From assembly GCA_002269645.1 (NCBI GenBank), contig NIVC01000596.1, positions 1 to 64,000 of the forward strand: a DNA stretch of 64,000 nt, read 5' to 3'. A program made the translations under genes and the position numbers. The notes below the pieces were generated by a model, which had not been told where the DNA came from, searched no databases, and saw nothing but the letters and a program-made list of their open reading frames with translations. Source of the DNA: Macrostomum lignano (lineage: Eukaryota). Below, piece after piece: positions 13,501 through 24,563 of this stretch (positions are counted from its first letter, which is position 1; every line of letters begins with the position of its first letter).

Positions 13501-15452
13501 ACTGACACAAACGCCTCACTCACACAGAACTACAAGAAAACTGACAGAAACGCCTCACTCACACAGAACTACAAGGAAACTGACACAAACGCCTCACTCA
13601 CACAGAACTACAAGGAAACTGACAGAAACGCCTCACTCACACAGAAATACAAGGAAACTGACACAAACGCCTCACTCACACAGAACTACAAGGAAACAAC
13701 TGACACAAACGCCTCACTCACACAGAACTACAAGGAAACTGACAGAAACGCCTCACTCACACAGAACTACAAGGCAACTGAGAGAAACACCTCACTCACA
13801 CAGAACTACAAGGAAACAACTGACAGAAACCCTCACTCACACAGAAATACAAGGAAACTGACAGAAACACCTCACTCACATAGAACTACAAGGAAACAAC
13901 TGACACAAACGCCTCACTCACACAGAACTACAAGGAAACTGACAGAAACGCCTCACTCACACAGAACTACAAGGAAACTGACACAAACGCCTCACTCACA
14001 CAGAACTACAAGGAAACTGACAGAAACGCCTCACTCACACAGAACTACAAGGAAACTGACAGAAACGCCTCACTCACACAGAACTACAAGGCAACTGAGA
14101 GAAACACCTCACTCACACAGAACTACAAGGAAACAACTGACACAAACGCCTCACTCACACAGAACTACAAGGAAACGGACACAAACGCCTCACTCACCCA
14201 GAACTACAATGAAACTGACAGAAACGCCTCACTCACACAGAACTACAACGAAACTGTCAGAAACGCCTCACTCACCCAGAACTACAAGGAAACTGACAGA
14301 AACGCCTCACTCACCAGAACTACAAGGAAACTAACAGAAACGCCTCACTCACACAGAACTACAAGGAAACTGACAGAAACGCCTCACTCACACAGAACTA
14401 CAATGAAACTGACAGAAACGCCTCACTCACACAGAACTACAATGAAACTGACAGAAACGCCTCACTCACACAGAACTACAAGGCAACTGAGAGAAACACC
14501 TCACTCACACAGAACTACAAGGAAACAACTGACACAAACGCCTCACTCACACAGAACTACAAGGAAACAACTGACACAAACGCCTCACTCACACAGAACT
14601 ACAAGGAAACAACTGACACAAACGCCTCACTCACACAGAACTACAAGGAAACTGACAGAAACGCCTCACTCACACAGAACTACAAGGCAACTGAGAGAAA
14701 CACCTCACTCACACAGAACTACAAGGAAACTAACAGAAACGCCTCACTCAATCAGAACTACAACGAAACTGACAGAAACGCCTGACTCACACAGAACTAC
14801 AAGGCAACTGAGAGAAACACCTCACTCACACAGAACTACAACGAAACTGACACAAACGCCTCACTCACACAGAACTACAAGGAAACTGACAGAAACGCCT
14901 CACTCACCCAGAACTACAATGAAACTGACAGAAACGCCTCACTCACCAGAACTACAAGGAAACTGACAGAAACGCCTCACTCACCCAGAACTGCAAGGAA
15001 ACTGACAGAAACGCCTCACTCACCCAGAACTACAAGGAAACTGACAGAAACGCCTCACTCACCCAGAACTACAAGGAAACTGACAGAAACGCCTCACTCA
15101 CCCAGAACTACAAGGAAACTGACAGAAACGCCTCACTCACCCAGAACTACTCGAAACTGACAGAAACGCCTCACTCACACAGAACTACAAGGAAACTGAC
15201 AGAAACGCCTCACTCACCCAGAACTACAAGGAAACTGACAGAAACGCCTCACTCACCCAGAACTACAAGGAAACTGACAGAAACGCCTCACTCACCCAGA
15301 ACTACTCGAAACTGACAGAAACGCCTCACTCACCCAGAACTACAAGGAAACTGACAGAAACGCCTCACTCACCCAGAACTACTCGAAACTGACAGAAACG
15401 CCTCACTCACACAGATCTACAAGGAAACTGACAGAAACGCGTCACTCACCCA
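10530..15452. repeat. 39-bp minisatellite (ACTGACAGAAACGCCTCACTCACACAGAACTACAAGGAA)n
   Basis: About 125 units with 38/42/45-bp variants and ~800-840-bp higher-order duplications (e.g. 11041 vs 11882). Confidence 0.97.
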
Positions 15453-17059
15453 GAGTATCGGTAAGCTCGGATATCCTTCGTGCCGGCACCTCCTGCAGTG
15501 GTCCCTGCTGCCACGGTCGCACTCCAGCAGGGCGCAGTCGCCCGATGCAGTGTCGAAAGACGCCACATGAGCCTTCGCCGCCTGAGATTTGCTAAGACAG
15601 ACGAACTTGCTCTTAGCCTTGAACGTTGATAGCACCCTGTACTCGGCGAGGTCGCCTCAAACCGGCTTCCAGCTCCAAGATGACGTGGCAGAGACGGGCA
15701 GCGGAGACGGTAAAACGCAGGTGACGGCCAGCAGCAACAGTTGAAGGGCCGCAGTCATTTCTCAGGGCAATTGGAGACTTTACTTTTAGGTTGTGGCGAA
15801 TGCTTTGATGTTGCAAAGAAGCGATTGCAGTTTTTCTCTCGGAAGGGCCAGGATTTTTCGAACGCTGCAGATTTTGTGTCTGAAGTGACTCGTATTTATG
15901 CAGAATTTTTCAGCCTTTCAATTTTGCGTGAATGCCTGCAGATTTCTGTTGAATGAGGTGTGATACCTTTGACAATTTCTGTGCTGTGTTAATCTGCTTC
16001 ATTGGTTGCATCTGCATTTGGCTGTCTTGCCGCTTCAGCACGCTTGACAATGGCTTGACAGATGCCGCGCAGAAGAAAGCGAGTCTTTGAATTGTTTTGC
16101 TGCGTGAGGTAAACTGTTGATCCGTGAGGCGCTTCCAGACTGAGCTGCGCTGCATTGAGCTGCATTGCGCGGCACAATCAGTCATTGAAATGGTTGCTGA
16201 ATTGCTTCTGCTTTCAGCTCTGTAGTTAAGATGGCTTCTGCTTCAGAATCCAGAATACAGACTCACCATTGAATGGCTCCACTCACGACAAAGATGTATT
16301 GTTTTCTGTTCAAATACTCCGTTCTGTTCCACTGGCTCCTCACTCACTGAATCGACGCAAAGCGACACTGCATAGCGAGACTTCAAAAATCTCCCTTTGA
16401 AGCAGTCGCTTTTTGTGTGTTTGTTTTTCTGCTCTTTATTCGGTTGAAAACAGTTTTCTTTCGACTCAGCTTTATCGTCATTTCGACTGACTCCTTTACC
16501 CGTCTCTATTGACAGCTGCTTTTGGTGAATAGTGTTAGGAAGAGAGAAAGTCAGCAAACCATGAAAAGAAGGCACGCATTTAGCGAAAATATTCTGCTGG
16601 ATTATCAGGATGCTGTACTAGAATTGGCGCAAGTAAAATTAAGAAATTCATAGATAGCCAGAAGCAAGAATATTGCCCCATAGGCAAATGAACTGGCCGT
16701 GGCACCAGATATCCATACGCTAAACTGCAATCGTGCAAAATTGTTTGCTTGAATTCCAGTTTGCTCAAAATCTAAGCACACGATCTCTTGCATCCCGGAC
16801 TGTCATCACAGATTTTGTGTCCATGTATTGTGTCCAAGGCGCAGGTTGTGTCGAAGCATATTTTTTGGCATCAGTAAAAGCAACACGCAGGCTCGAACGC
16901 TGGCCAACACCAAGCAAAGAAATTGAATTGTAGAAGTCAGCCGCTTAGCAGGAACTCGAGCTCTCGCTGTGGGAAAGTCAAAAGCGTCATAGTTTGAATA
17001 TAGGGCGGGTTAGGCCAAAGACCTTTCTCGCCAGTGGGACTTTAAAGTGGGTGTTACTA

Positions 17060-17665
17060 GATATTAAAGTAGGTGTCGGTGGACATCAAAGTAGGTGTCG
17101 GTGGACATTAAAGTAGGTGTCGGTGGACATTAAAGTTGGTGTCGGTGGACATTAAAGTTGGTGTCGGTGGACATTAAAGTAGGTGTCGGTGGACATTAAA
17201 GTAGGTGTCGGTGGACATTAAAGTAGGTGTCGGTGGACATTAAAGTAGGTGTCGGTGGACATTAAAGTAGGTGTCGGTGGACATTAAAGTAGGTGTCGGT
17301 GGACATTAAAGTAGGTGTCGGTGGACATTAAAGTAGGTGTCGGTGGACATTAAAGTTGGTGTCGGTGGACATCAAAGTAGGTGTCGGTGGACATTAAAGT
17401 AGGTGTCGGTGGACATTAAAGTAGGTGTCGGTGGACATTAAAGTTGGTGTCGGTGGACATTAAAGTTGGTGTCGGTGGACATTAAAGTTGGAGTCGGTGG
17501 ACATTAAAGTAGGTGTCGGTGGACATTAAAGTAGGTGTCGGTGGACATTAAAGTTGGAGTCGGTGGACATTAAAGTAGGTGTCGGTGGACATTAAAGTAG
17601 GTGTCGGTGGACATTAAAGTTGGTGTCGGCCGGTGGACATTTAACTAGGTATCGGTGGACATTAG
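17060..17665. repeat. 22-bp minisatellite (GGTGGACATTAAAGTAGGTGTC)n
   Basis: About 27 units; only a degenerate 1-2 unit remnant sits at the paralogous site (~61-100). Confidence 0.95.
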
Positions 17666-17875
17666 AGCAAGTATCAATGGACAAAAGTGAAATGCAGTTG
17701 TTGCCTTTAAAAACGAGTGTTCACCAAGAGCCTCTTAAAGCCGTTTCCGATTTCAACATTCCCAGCCAAGCCTCGCAAAGTCACATGCAGGCCGCGTGAT
17801 CAAACATGCTTAGCAGCAGCTGTGATTTTGAAAATAAAATTAGAAATCCGTGCTCAAGGACTGCCAAATGCCGAG

Positions 17876-17948
17876 GGCCGCGTGGCGCAATGGATAACGC
17901 GTCTGACTACGGATCAGAAGATTCCAGGTTCGAGTCCTGGCGTGGTCG
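17876..17948 (+). tRNA. trnR-ACG: tRNA-Arg(ACG), flank type A (second cassette)
   Basis: Identical 73-nt sequence; flanks match those of the copy at 289-361. Confidence 0.97.
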
Positions 17949-18034
17949 CTCTGAAATATATTTTTTCGATTTTACTTGTATTTTTATATGGCCACAAAAA
18001 TATCAGAATAGTCATTTGTCAAGAAATTCTGTGG

Positions 18035-18770
18035 GTGTCAGTGCTGCATTGGAATGGGTGTCAGTGCTGCATTGGAATAGATGTCAGTGCTGCATTGGAA
18101 TAGATGTCAGTGCTGCATTGGAATAGGTGTCAGTGCTGCATTGGAATAGATGTCAGTGCTGCATTGGAATAGGTGTCAGTGCTGCATTGGAATAGGTGTC
18201 AGTGAGGCATGGAATAGGTGTCAGTGAGGCATTGGAATAGGTGTCAGTGCTGCATTGGAATAGGTGTCAGTGAGGCATGGAATAGGTGTCAGTGAGGCAT
18301 TGGAATAGGTGTCAGTGCTGCATTGGAATAGGTGTCAGTGAGGCATTGGAATAGGTGTCAGTGAGGCATTGGAATAGGTGTCAGTGAGGCATTGGAATAG
18401 GTGTCAGTGAGGCATTGGAATAGGTGTCAGTGAGGCATTGGAATAGGTGTCAGTGAGGCATTGGAATAGGTGTCAGTGAGGCATTGGAATAGGTGTCAGT
18501 GAGGCATTGGAATAGGTGTCAGTGAGGCATTGGAATAGGTGTCAGTGAGGCATTGGAATAGGTGTCAGTGAGGCATTGGAATAGGTGTCAGTGAGGCATT
18601 GGAATAGGTGTCAGTGAGGCATTGGAATAGGTGTCAGTGAGGCATTGGAATAGGTGTCAGTGAGGCATTGGAATAGGTGTCAGTGAGGCATTGGAATAGG
18701 TGTCAGTGAGGCATTGGAATAGGTGTCAGTGAGGCATTGGAATAGGTGTCAGTGAGGCATTGGAATAGGT
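18035..18770. repeat. 23-bp minisatellite (same family as 450-930)
   Basis: About 32 units between tRNA A and tRNA B of cassette 2. Confidence 0.95.
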
Positions 18771-18926
18771 GGAATTCGAATAATTCGAATTTTTCTGGAA
18801 TTCAGTTTTTCCTCAAAAGATTTAACATGCTCTATAATTACTACTGAAATCGTATCCATTAAGAGATTGGCATGTGATCAAACAGATAAAGGATAAAGGA
18901 ATGCCCAAGGACTACCAAATTTCGAG

Positions 18927-18999
18927 GGCCGCGTGGCGCAATGGATAACGCGTCTGACTACGGATCAGAAGATTCCAGGTTCGAGTCCTGGCGTGGTCG
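18927..18999 (+). tRNA. trnR-ACG: tRNA-Arg(ACG), flank type B (second cassette)
   Basis: Identical 73-nt sequence; flanks match those of the copy at 1084-1156. Confidence 0.97.
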
Positions 19000-19404
19000 C
19001 TCTGAGCTATTAATATTTTTTTGTAAATAAATAATCTCAGAGTTCAATATGCACCTCTGACTGCAGTTGTACATCAGATGTGGAAGTTCTGTCTGTATGC
19101 CGTACTCACGCACAATGCAGTGCTGGCGTACTGGTTGGTTCAAGCTGAGCGCCCCAGCTATTTAAGGTTCTCACAGCGAAACTGGCATTCTTTATTCGCT
19201 ATTCTCCGCGGACAGAAAAGTTTAGACAGAAGAGCCACAGAATGCTGAGACAAACTGCCTGCTCTGCTATTCTGCTAATGCTAGCTTTCAATGCAATCGG
19301 TGAGTTTTGTAATCTGGCGTTATGATTTGAGTTCTGAGAGATACTTGTAGGTTAGTGTGAAATGAAAAGAGTCACTTTCATTGTTTGCATCATGGGAGAC
19401 TGCT

Positions 19405-19620
19405 GTCACAGTCACAGTCACTGTCACTGTCACATTAACAATTACAGGCGCATTGTCACAGTCACGGTGTCACAGTCACAGTCACGGTGTCACAGTCACG
19501 GTGTCACAGTCACGGTGTCACAGTCACAGTGTCACAGTCACAGTCACGGTGTCACAGTCACATTCACAGTCACTGTCACTGTCACAGCCACAGTCACAGC
19601 CACAGCACTCAGTCACAGTC
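19405..19620. repeat. (GTCACA)n hexamer microsatellite
   Basis: Paralog of 1560-1755. Confidence 0.9.
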
Positions 19621-20294
19621 AGAACGGTAGTTTCAGCACCCAGTCACAGCTCACAACATACCCCGATTCGCCCAGACCCCGCAGCTGGACTTCGATGTCA
19701 CTCAGCATCCAACGCTGCATCGCCAGATGGTAGAGCAGCCAGTGTAAACTGTGTGGCAGGTTATGACTACTGCATCAGGTTCTCAGTTGCCATCGGCGGC
19801 AGGAAATCGGTATGACGTGACTTCTACCAGTGTCGAATTGCAGTTTTGTCTAAATCCGTTTAAACACATGGCCTGTTGCGACCTCTTACTACTTGTGGCA
19901 GTAATATAAAATGATTGGCCAAAAACATTTTCAGTACTACAGGGCCTGCTACCTGGACAAGGACGGCTGCTCAAGCCTCACCGCCTTGCCTAACTATGGA
20001 GACTGCTCAGTGTGCTCAGCTGACAACTGCAACTAGGATACTACTTTAATGAGTAATCAAGAGTGAACATCTTTTGACAAGCTTTGATATAAGCTGCAAA
20101 AACTGGTTGTATCTGTGTATTATATATTCATTTAATTATAGGCTCAAAGGTACGATTAACTAATGATAGAAAAAAGATTTTTAATTCACGTTGAACTCAT
20201 AAAATATATTGAAAAAATTGCATGTAATACTACTAAAATATTTCATAAAATTAATTTTCAATTGTTAAAATGGCTTACTTGTTGACTGTCTCAA

Positions 20295-20540
20295 TCAATA
20301 TCAGGTGTGACTGGCTTGATAATTATCAGGTGTGACTGGCTTGATCGTTATCAGGTGTGACTGGCTTGATCATTATCAGGTGTGACTGGCTTGATCATTA
20401 TCAGGTGTGACTGGCTTGATAATTATCAGGTGTGACTGGCTTGATCGTTATCAGGTGTGACTGGCTTGATCATTATCAGGTGTGACTGGCTTGATAATTA
20501 TTAGGTGTCCCTGGCTTGATCATTATCAGGTGTGACTGGC
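20295..20540. repeat. 25-bp minisatellite, short allele
   Basis: About 10 units of the family at 2440-6845. Confidence 0.95.
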
Positions 20541-20780
20541 CCATATCATGCTCACAGTCAGCTATTTAGTATTACAATGGAGAGAATGGAAAAGGTTATT
20601 AAGGCAAGCGACAATGCGACAGGTTCAGCAGGTATACGAAGATATCTGAATATAGAAAACCTGCCGCACATAACCACTTTGTGACGGCTCTGGCTGACGA
20701 TAGCAGGTCAAATAAATCTGGAAATCAGATTCAGTATTTTTCAATTTTATTTGACAGACTGAGGCAGTCCTGCTGCCGAG

Positions 20781-20853
20781 GGCCGCGTGGCGCAATGGAT
20801 AACGCGTCTGACTACGGATCAGAAGATTCCAGGTTCGAGTCCTGGTGTGGTCG
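20781..20853 (+). tRNA. trnR-ACG: tRNA-Arg(ACG), flank type C, C66T variant
   Basis: Same 73-nt sequence except C to T at 20846 (tRNA position 66); upstream flank matches the copy at 7071; T run downstream. Confidence 0.93.
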
Positions 20854-21189
20854 CTCACAAAATTTTTTGCCCAGTTTTTTATTATTAGATGAGCCAATTA
20901 AAATTTTTCGAAGCTGTTTTCTACTTAAATAGATTTCTTCTACTGCTAAAAGCGGTTGCAGAACTCAACAATTGCAGTCTGGCCATAAACCAGCAATTGA
21001 AGAATTTCGAGATTCAAACTATAGTGTTCGTTTCGACTCGAGAAGTCTCTGGAGCACACAGATTGGAACGCCGTGTTGAAACAGCTTAAAGTGTGATTGA
21101 GTATCATACTTCGTAATACTCAATCTTCATATTGACTTCAATATTGACATGTACGATAGATTAGTTTGAATCGGCACTCAAATTGGGAC

Positions 21190-21465
21190 ACCAGGATGCC
21201 AGCAGCAGGGGCTTTAGCATCAGGATGCCAGCAACAGGGCCGCCAGCACCAGGGATACCAGCAACAGGGCACCCAGCACCAGGGGCTTTTGCACCAGAGA
21301 TGCCAGCAGCAGGGGCTTTAGCACCAGAGATGCCAGCAGCAGGGGCTTTAGCACCAGGATGCCAGCACCAGGGGCTTTAGCACCAGGATGCCAGCAACAG
21401 GGCCGCCAGCACCAGAGATACCAGCAACAGGGCACCCAGCACCAGGGGCTTTAGCACCAGAGATA
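21190..21465. repeat. Imperfect ~29-30-bp GC-rich repeat (GATGCCAGCAGCAGGGGCTTTAGCACCAG)
   Basis: Several degenerate tandem copies. Confidence 0.75.
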
Positions 21466-22656
21466 TGATGCCAGCTGTATAATTGTATAGTAGTTGTATA
21501 CCCTAAGTTTTGACTTCCGAAAGGTTCTGCTATTTGTGTTTCCACAAATATGTTTCCACAAATGTGTTTCTCCCGAATTATATAGCAAATGAAGAAAGCC
21601 AACAAAATGCAGTTTTTGATAATGTTTATAACTAGAAATATTGCGTTAGAATTTACTGAACCGGCGACGCAAACTTAAGCTGATAATTACACAGCCCAGT
21701 AATAATAGTATTTATAACTAAGAAAATAATTAATAGCATTAATAAATGATAGAAATTGAAAAACACAGTACACATTGGCGGCTGTCACGCCTCAGATTTT
21801 CAACACAGAACAACAAGGAACAGACGGAAAGAACGTGAAGAAGCAGCTCGGAGATTACAGGTAGCAGAGTTAGTTCATCGACAGGACTTGCGAGCGCGTG
21901 AGAATTCAGTTTTTTTTTCAGGTACAAAAAATGTGCGCCGAAAATGCGGCAAAAACTTTTATCGCAAGAGCTCAGTTGTTTGTAAATAAAATAAGTAGTT
22001 TGTTAGCAGCGGCGAAAGCTATAGATTTTGTTTAAACATTCGCTTCTTTTGTAAAGTAAAAGCGCAGGTTTGAGAAAAGATATTTTTATAACAAATTTTT
22101 ATTTGAATTAGACCAGACTTCTGGCCCTGTGGCGGCGCTACTGTTGTTTATTGTTAGATATTGTTAGAAAAATGTAATTTTTAAGTGAAAAGATTGCAAC
22201 TTTTGTGCGCCATTGCCAAGGGCAAGAAGGCATGAGTTCGATAAAACCTAAAAAATTCAGACACAGACAAAAAATGCAAACTAAAAACAAGAGGCATTAC
22301 CAGCGCATTTCGCATTACAAATAACAGGTATTAGAAAGAGCACTACTCCTAGTAGTAGCTGCAAGCCACACACTCAAAAAAGAAGCTTATTTCCAAGAAT
22401 GATGCGCAATAGTCAGTGTGTATCGCGTATAGCACTGTTGGTTACTTTTTAAATAAAAAGAAGCTGTCGTTTAAAATATTATTTCACACACAAGAGAAAC
22501 TATCGCAAGGATGTTGCCAATAGATACAGAATGATGTGCTAATGATCTTATTTAACATGCGCGTCGTCATTCGGAACTGCCCGAGTTCGGAATAGCTAGA
22601 TGATTCCAGTTAGCGAAACACAGGCGCTTACGCATACACAGCCATGTTAGCCACGG

Positions 22657-24563
22657 TTAGGCTTTGACCTTAGGAGCTGATTTTGGTGCAACGGTGGTAA
22701 CGGCTGCAGTGGTGGCAACGGCTCCGGCCGCAGCAGCGGCGGTGGCAGCAGCGGCGATGGCTGCAACGGCAGCATCAGCGACTGCGGCGACGGGCTTGGC
22801 GCAGGCCTCAAACAGGCCGCTGCTGCCGCGGCCGTGCAGCAAGCCAACAATGATGGCCGTTATGTTGTCCTTGCCTGTGCGGCCGTTGTGACGATCGGGC
22901 GCTAGGCAGTGGTCTAGGAGAGCCTCGCACACCTGACGATTTTTGTTGCAATGGGCAAAATGCAATTAGAATGCATCTTAACTATAAATGTCACCTATTC
23001 ACTCTTAGGGTGGTTGGTTGTCTATGGTCTGGAGTCTGTGGTCTACTAGTAGTGTCTATGGTCTGATGTCTATTATCTATCTATGGTGTCAATAGTTTGT
23101 CTATGGTCCGATGTCTATGATCTAGTGTCAATAGTTTATTGTCTATGGTCCGATGTCTATGATCTAGTGTCAATAGTTTATTGTCTATGGTCTGATGTCT
23201 ATGATCTAGTGTCAATAGTTTATTGTCTATGGTCTGATGTCTATGATCTAGTGTCAATAGTTTATTGTCTATGGTCCGATGTCTATGATCTAGTGTCAAT
23301 AGTTTATTGTCTATGGTCCGATGTCTATGATCTAGTGTCAATAGTTTATTGTCTATGGTCTGATGTCTATGATCTAGTGTCAATAGTTTATTGTCTATGG
23401 TCCGATGTCTATGATCTAGTGTCAATAGTTTATTGTCTATGGTCTGATGTCTATGATCTAGTGTCAATAGTTTATTGTCTATGGTCTGATGTCTATGGTT
23501 AGCATTGCAGCGCAGCAGTTGGAGCTTACCGCATCCGGATTCATTCCGCGAGCCAGACGAGAGCGCACAAAGCTCACCACTTCCTGATTGGACATGACTT
23601 CCCAGACTCCGTCGCTGGCCATGACGACGAACTCCATCGAATTCGTGATGGTTTGAACACAAACGCTTGGATCGGCTGCAATGGCATTTGTTAGATGAAA
23701 AAAATAATTTTAGTCTGAAGCTTCACTGCAATTATACAGTAAAAAAAGAAATATATACTTACACTACTGATAGTAGGCAACTTTGCTTTTTTAATTGCCA
23801 ACTAAAAAAATGCGAATTTTGTGTTCAAATTCAAATATACAGGACGAGGAAGCCGTAGCATAGCTAGCTATAACTAATTTGATCAGTTTCGCTCACCTGT
23901 GACCATCTGTTCAGAGGGCGGCCGTTTACCGCTGCGTTTGAACGAGAAGTCACCCAAAGCCCGGCTGATAGCCAATCGGCCGTTCACTCGGCCGCCGACA
24001 ACGCGACCACCGGCGGCCAAGATGCGGGCCCTCTCGGCGGAAGCACCCGGATGGTGGTCGCGGCTGAGTTGCACCGGCCGGCCGGCCACGCTCAGTACGG
24101 CGCGACTGTCACCGACACTGGCGCACCGGATGGTCGAATCGTCAACGAGGAGGACCAGCGCGGTGGATCCAGCGCCGCCGTCAGCCCGTCGAAGCCGGAG
24201 ATCGCGGTCGACTTCCAGAAAGGCGGCCCGAATTGGTTCGACGGCGTCCGGGGACGATGACTCTGACAGCGGCGCGGCGGCGCCGGCGGCAGCCAGTCGG
24301 CGGTGAAGATGCTCAGCAGCGTACCTGGCCACCTTCGCACCGCCGTGGCCGTCGAAGACGCCGGCGTAGGTGACGGCCGGCTGGGCTGCGGCTGGCCGGG
24401 GAGCCGCTGGCGGCGCCGGCGACGACAGCCGCGTGTGGACGGCGTGCGCGTCCTCCATCCGCGGCCGCCAGCCCTGCATTGCGGACGAGCCGATCAGCAG
24501 GTTGGCGGTCTGTTTCAACGACGTCTCCTTGGCGGTGACAGGCTCGGATAGAGACTGGCCCAT
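22657..24563 (-). CDS. Protein phosphatase 2C (PPM family, Ptc2/PPM1A-like), ~362 aa; exons 24563-23897, 23675-23530, 22932-22657
   Basis: N-terminus MGQSLSEPVTAKE; PP2C motifs QGWRxxMEDAH, VFDGHGG, VGDSRAVL, GRVNGRLAISRALGDFSFK, ASDGVWEVMSNQE, GKDNIT. GT-AG junctions join in frame (phases 1, 0). All metal-binding Asp residues are present. Confidence 0.95.
23070..23500. repeat. 42-bp minisatellite in PP2C intron 2
   Basis: About 10 units of TCTATGGTCCGATGTCTATGATCTAGTGTCAATAGTTTATTG. Confidence 0.95.

Larger units (their letters stand above)
17640..20853 (+). repeat. Three-tRNA cassette, copy 2
   Basis: Collinear with 61-7143; differs mainly in minisatellite copy number and scattered SNPs/indels. 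Confidence 0.92.

Noticed and set aside
10528-14966. Long ORFs (455, 227, 187 aa) of TPHSHRTTRKLTE repeats
   Set aside because: They arise from a 39-bp period lacking stops in one frame; variant units break the frame and there is no non-repetitive coding context.
15690-15725. Plus-strand AETGSGDGKTQV resembling a Walker A motif
   Set aside because: Spacing does not fit GxxxxGK[T/S], the frame is short and closed by stops, and there are no other helicase motifs.
16990-17015. GGGCGGGTTAG as a 5S rRNA fragment
   Set aside because: Only a short partial resemblance; the rest of 5S is absent.
21756-21989. 77-aa ORF MKNTVHIGG... downstream of PP2C
   Set aside because: No recognisable domain or supporting exon structure.
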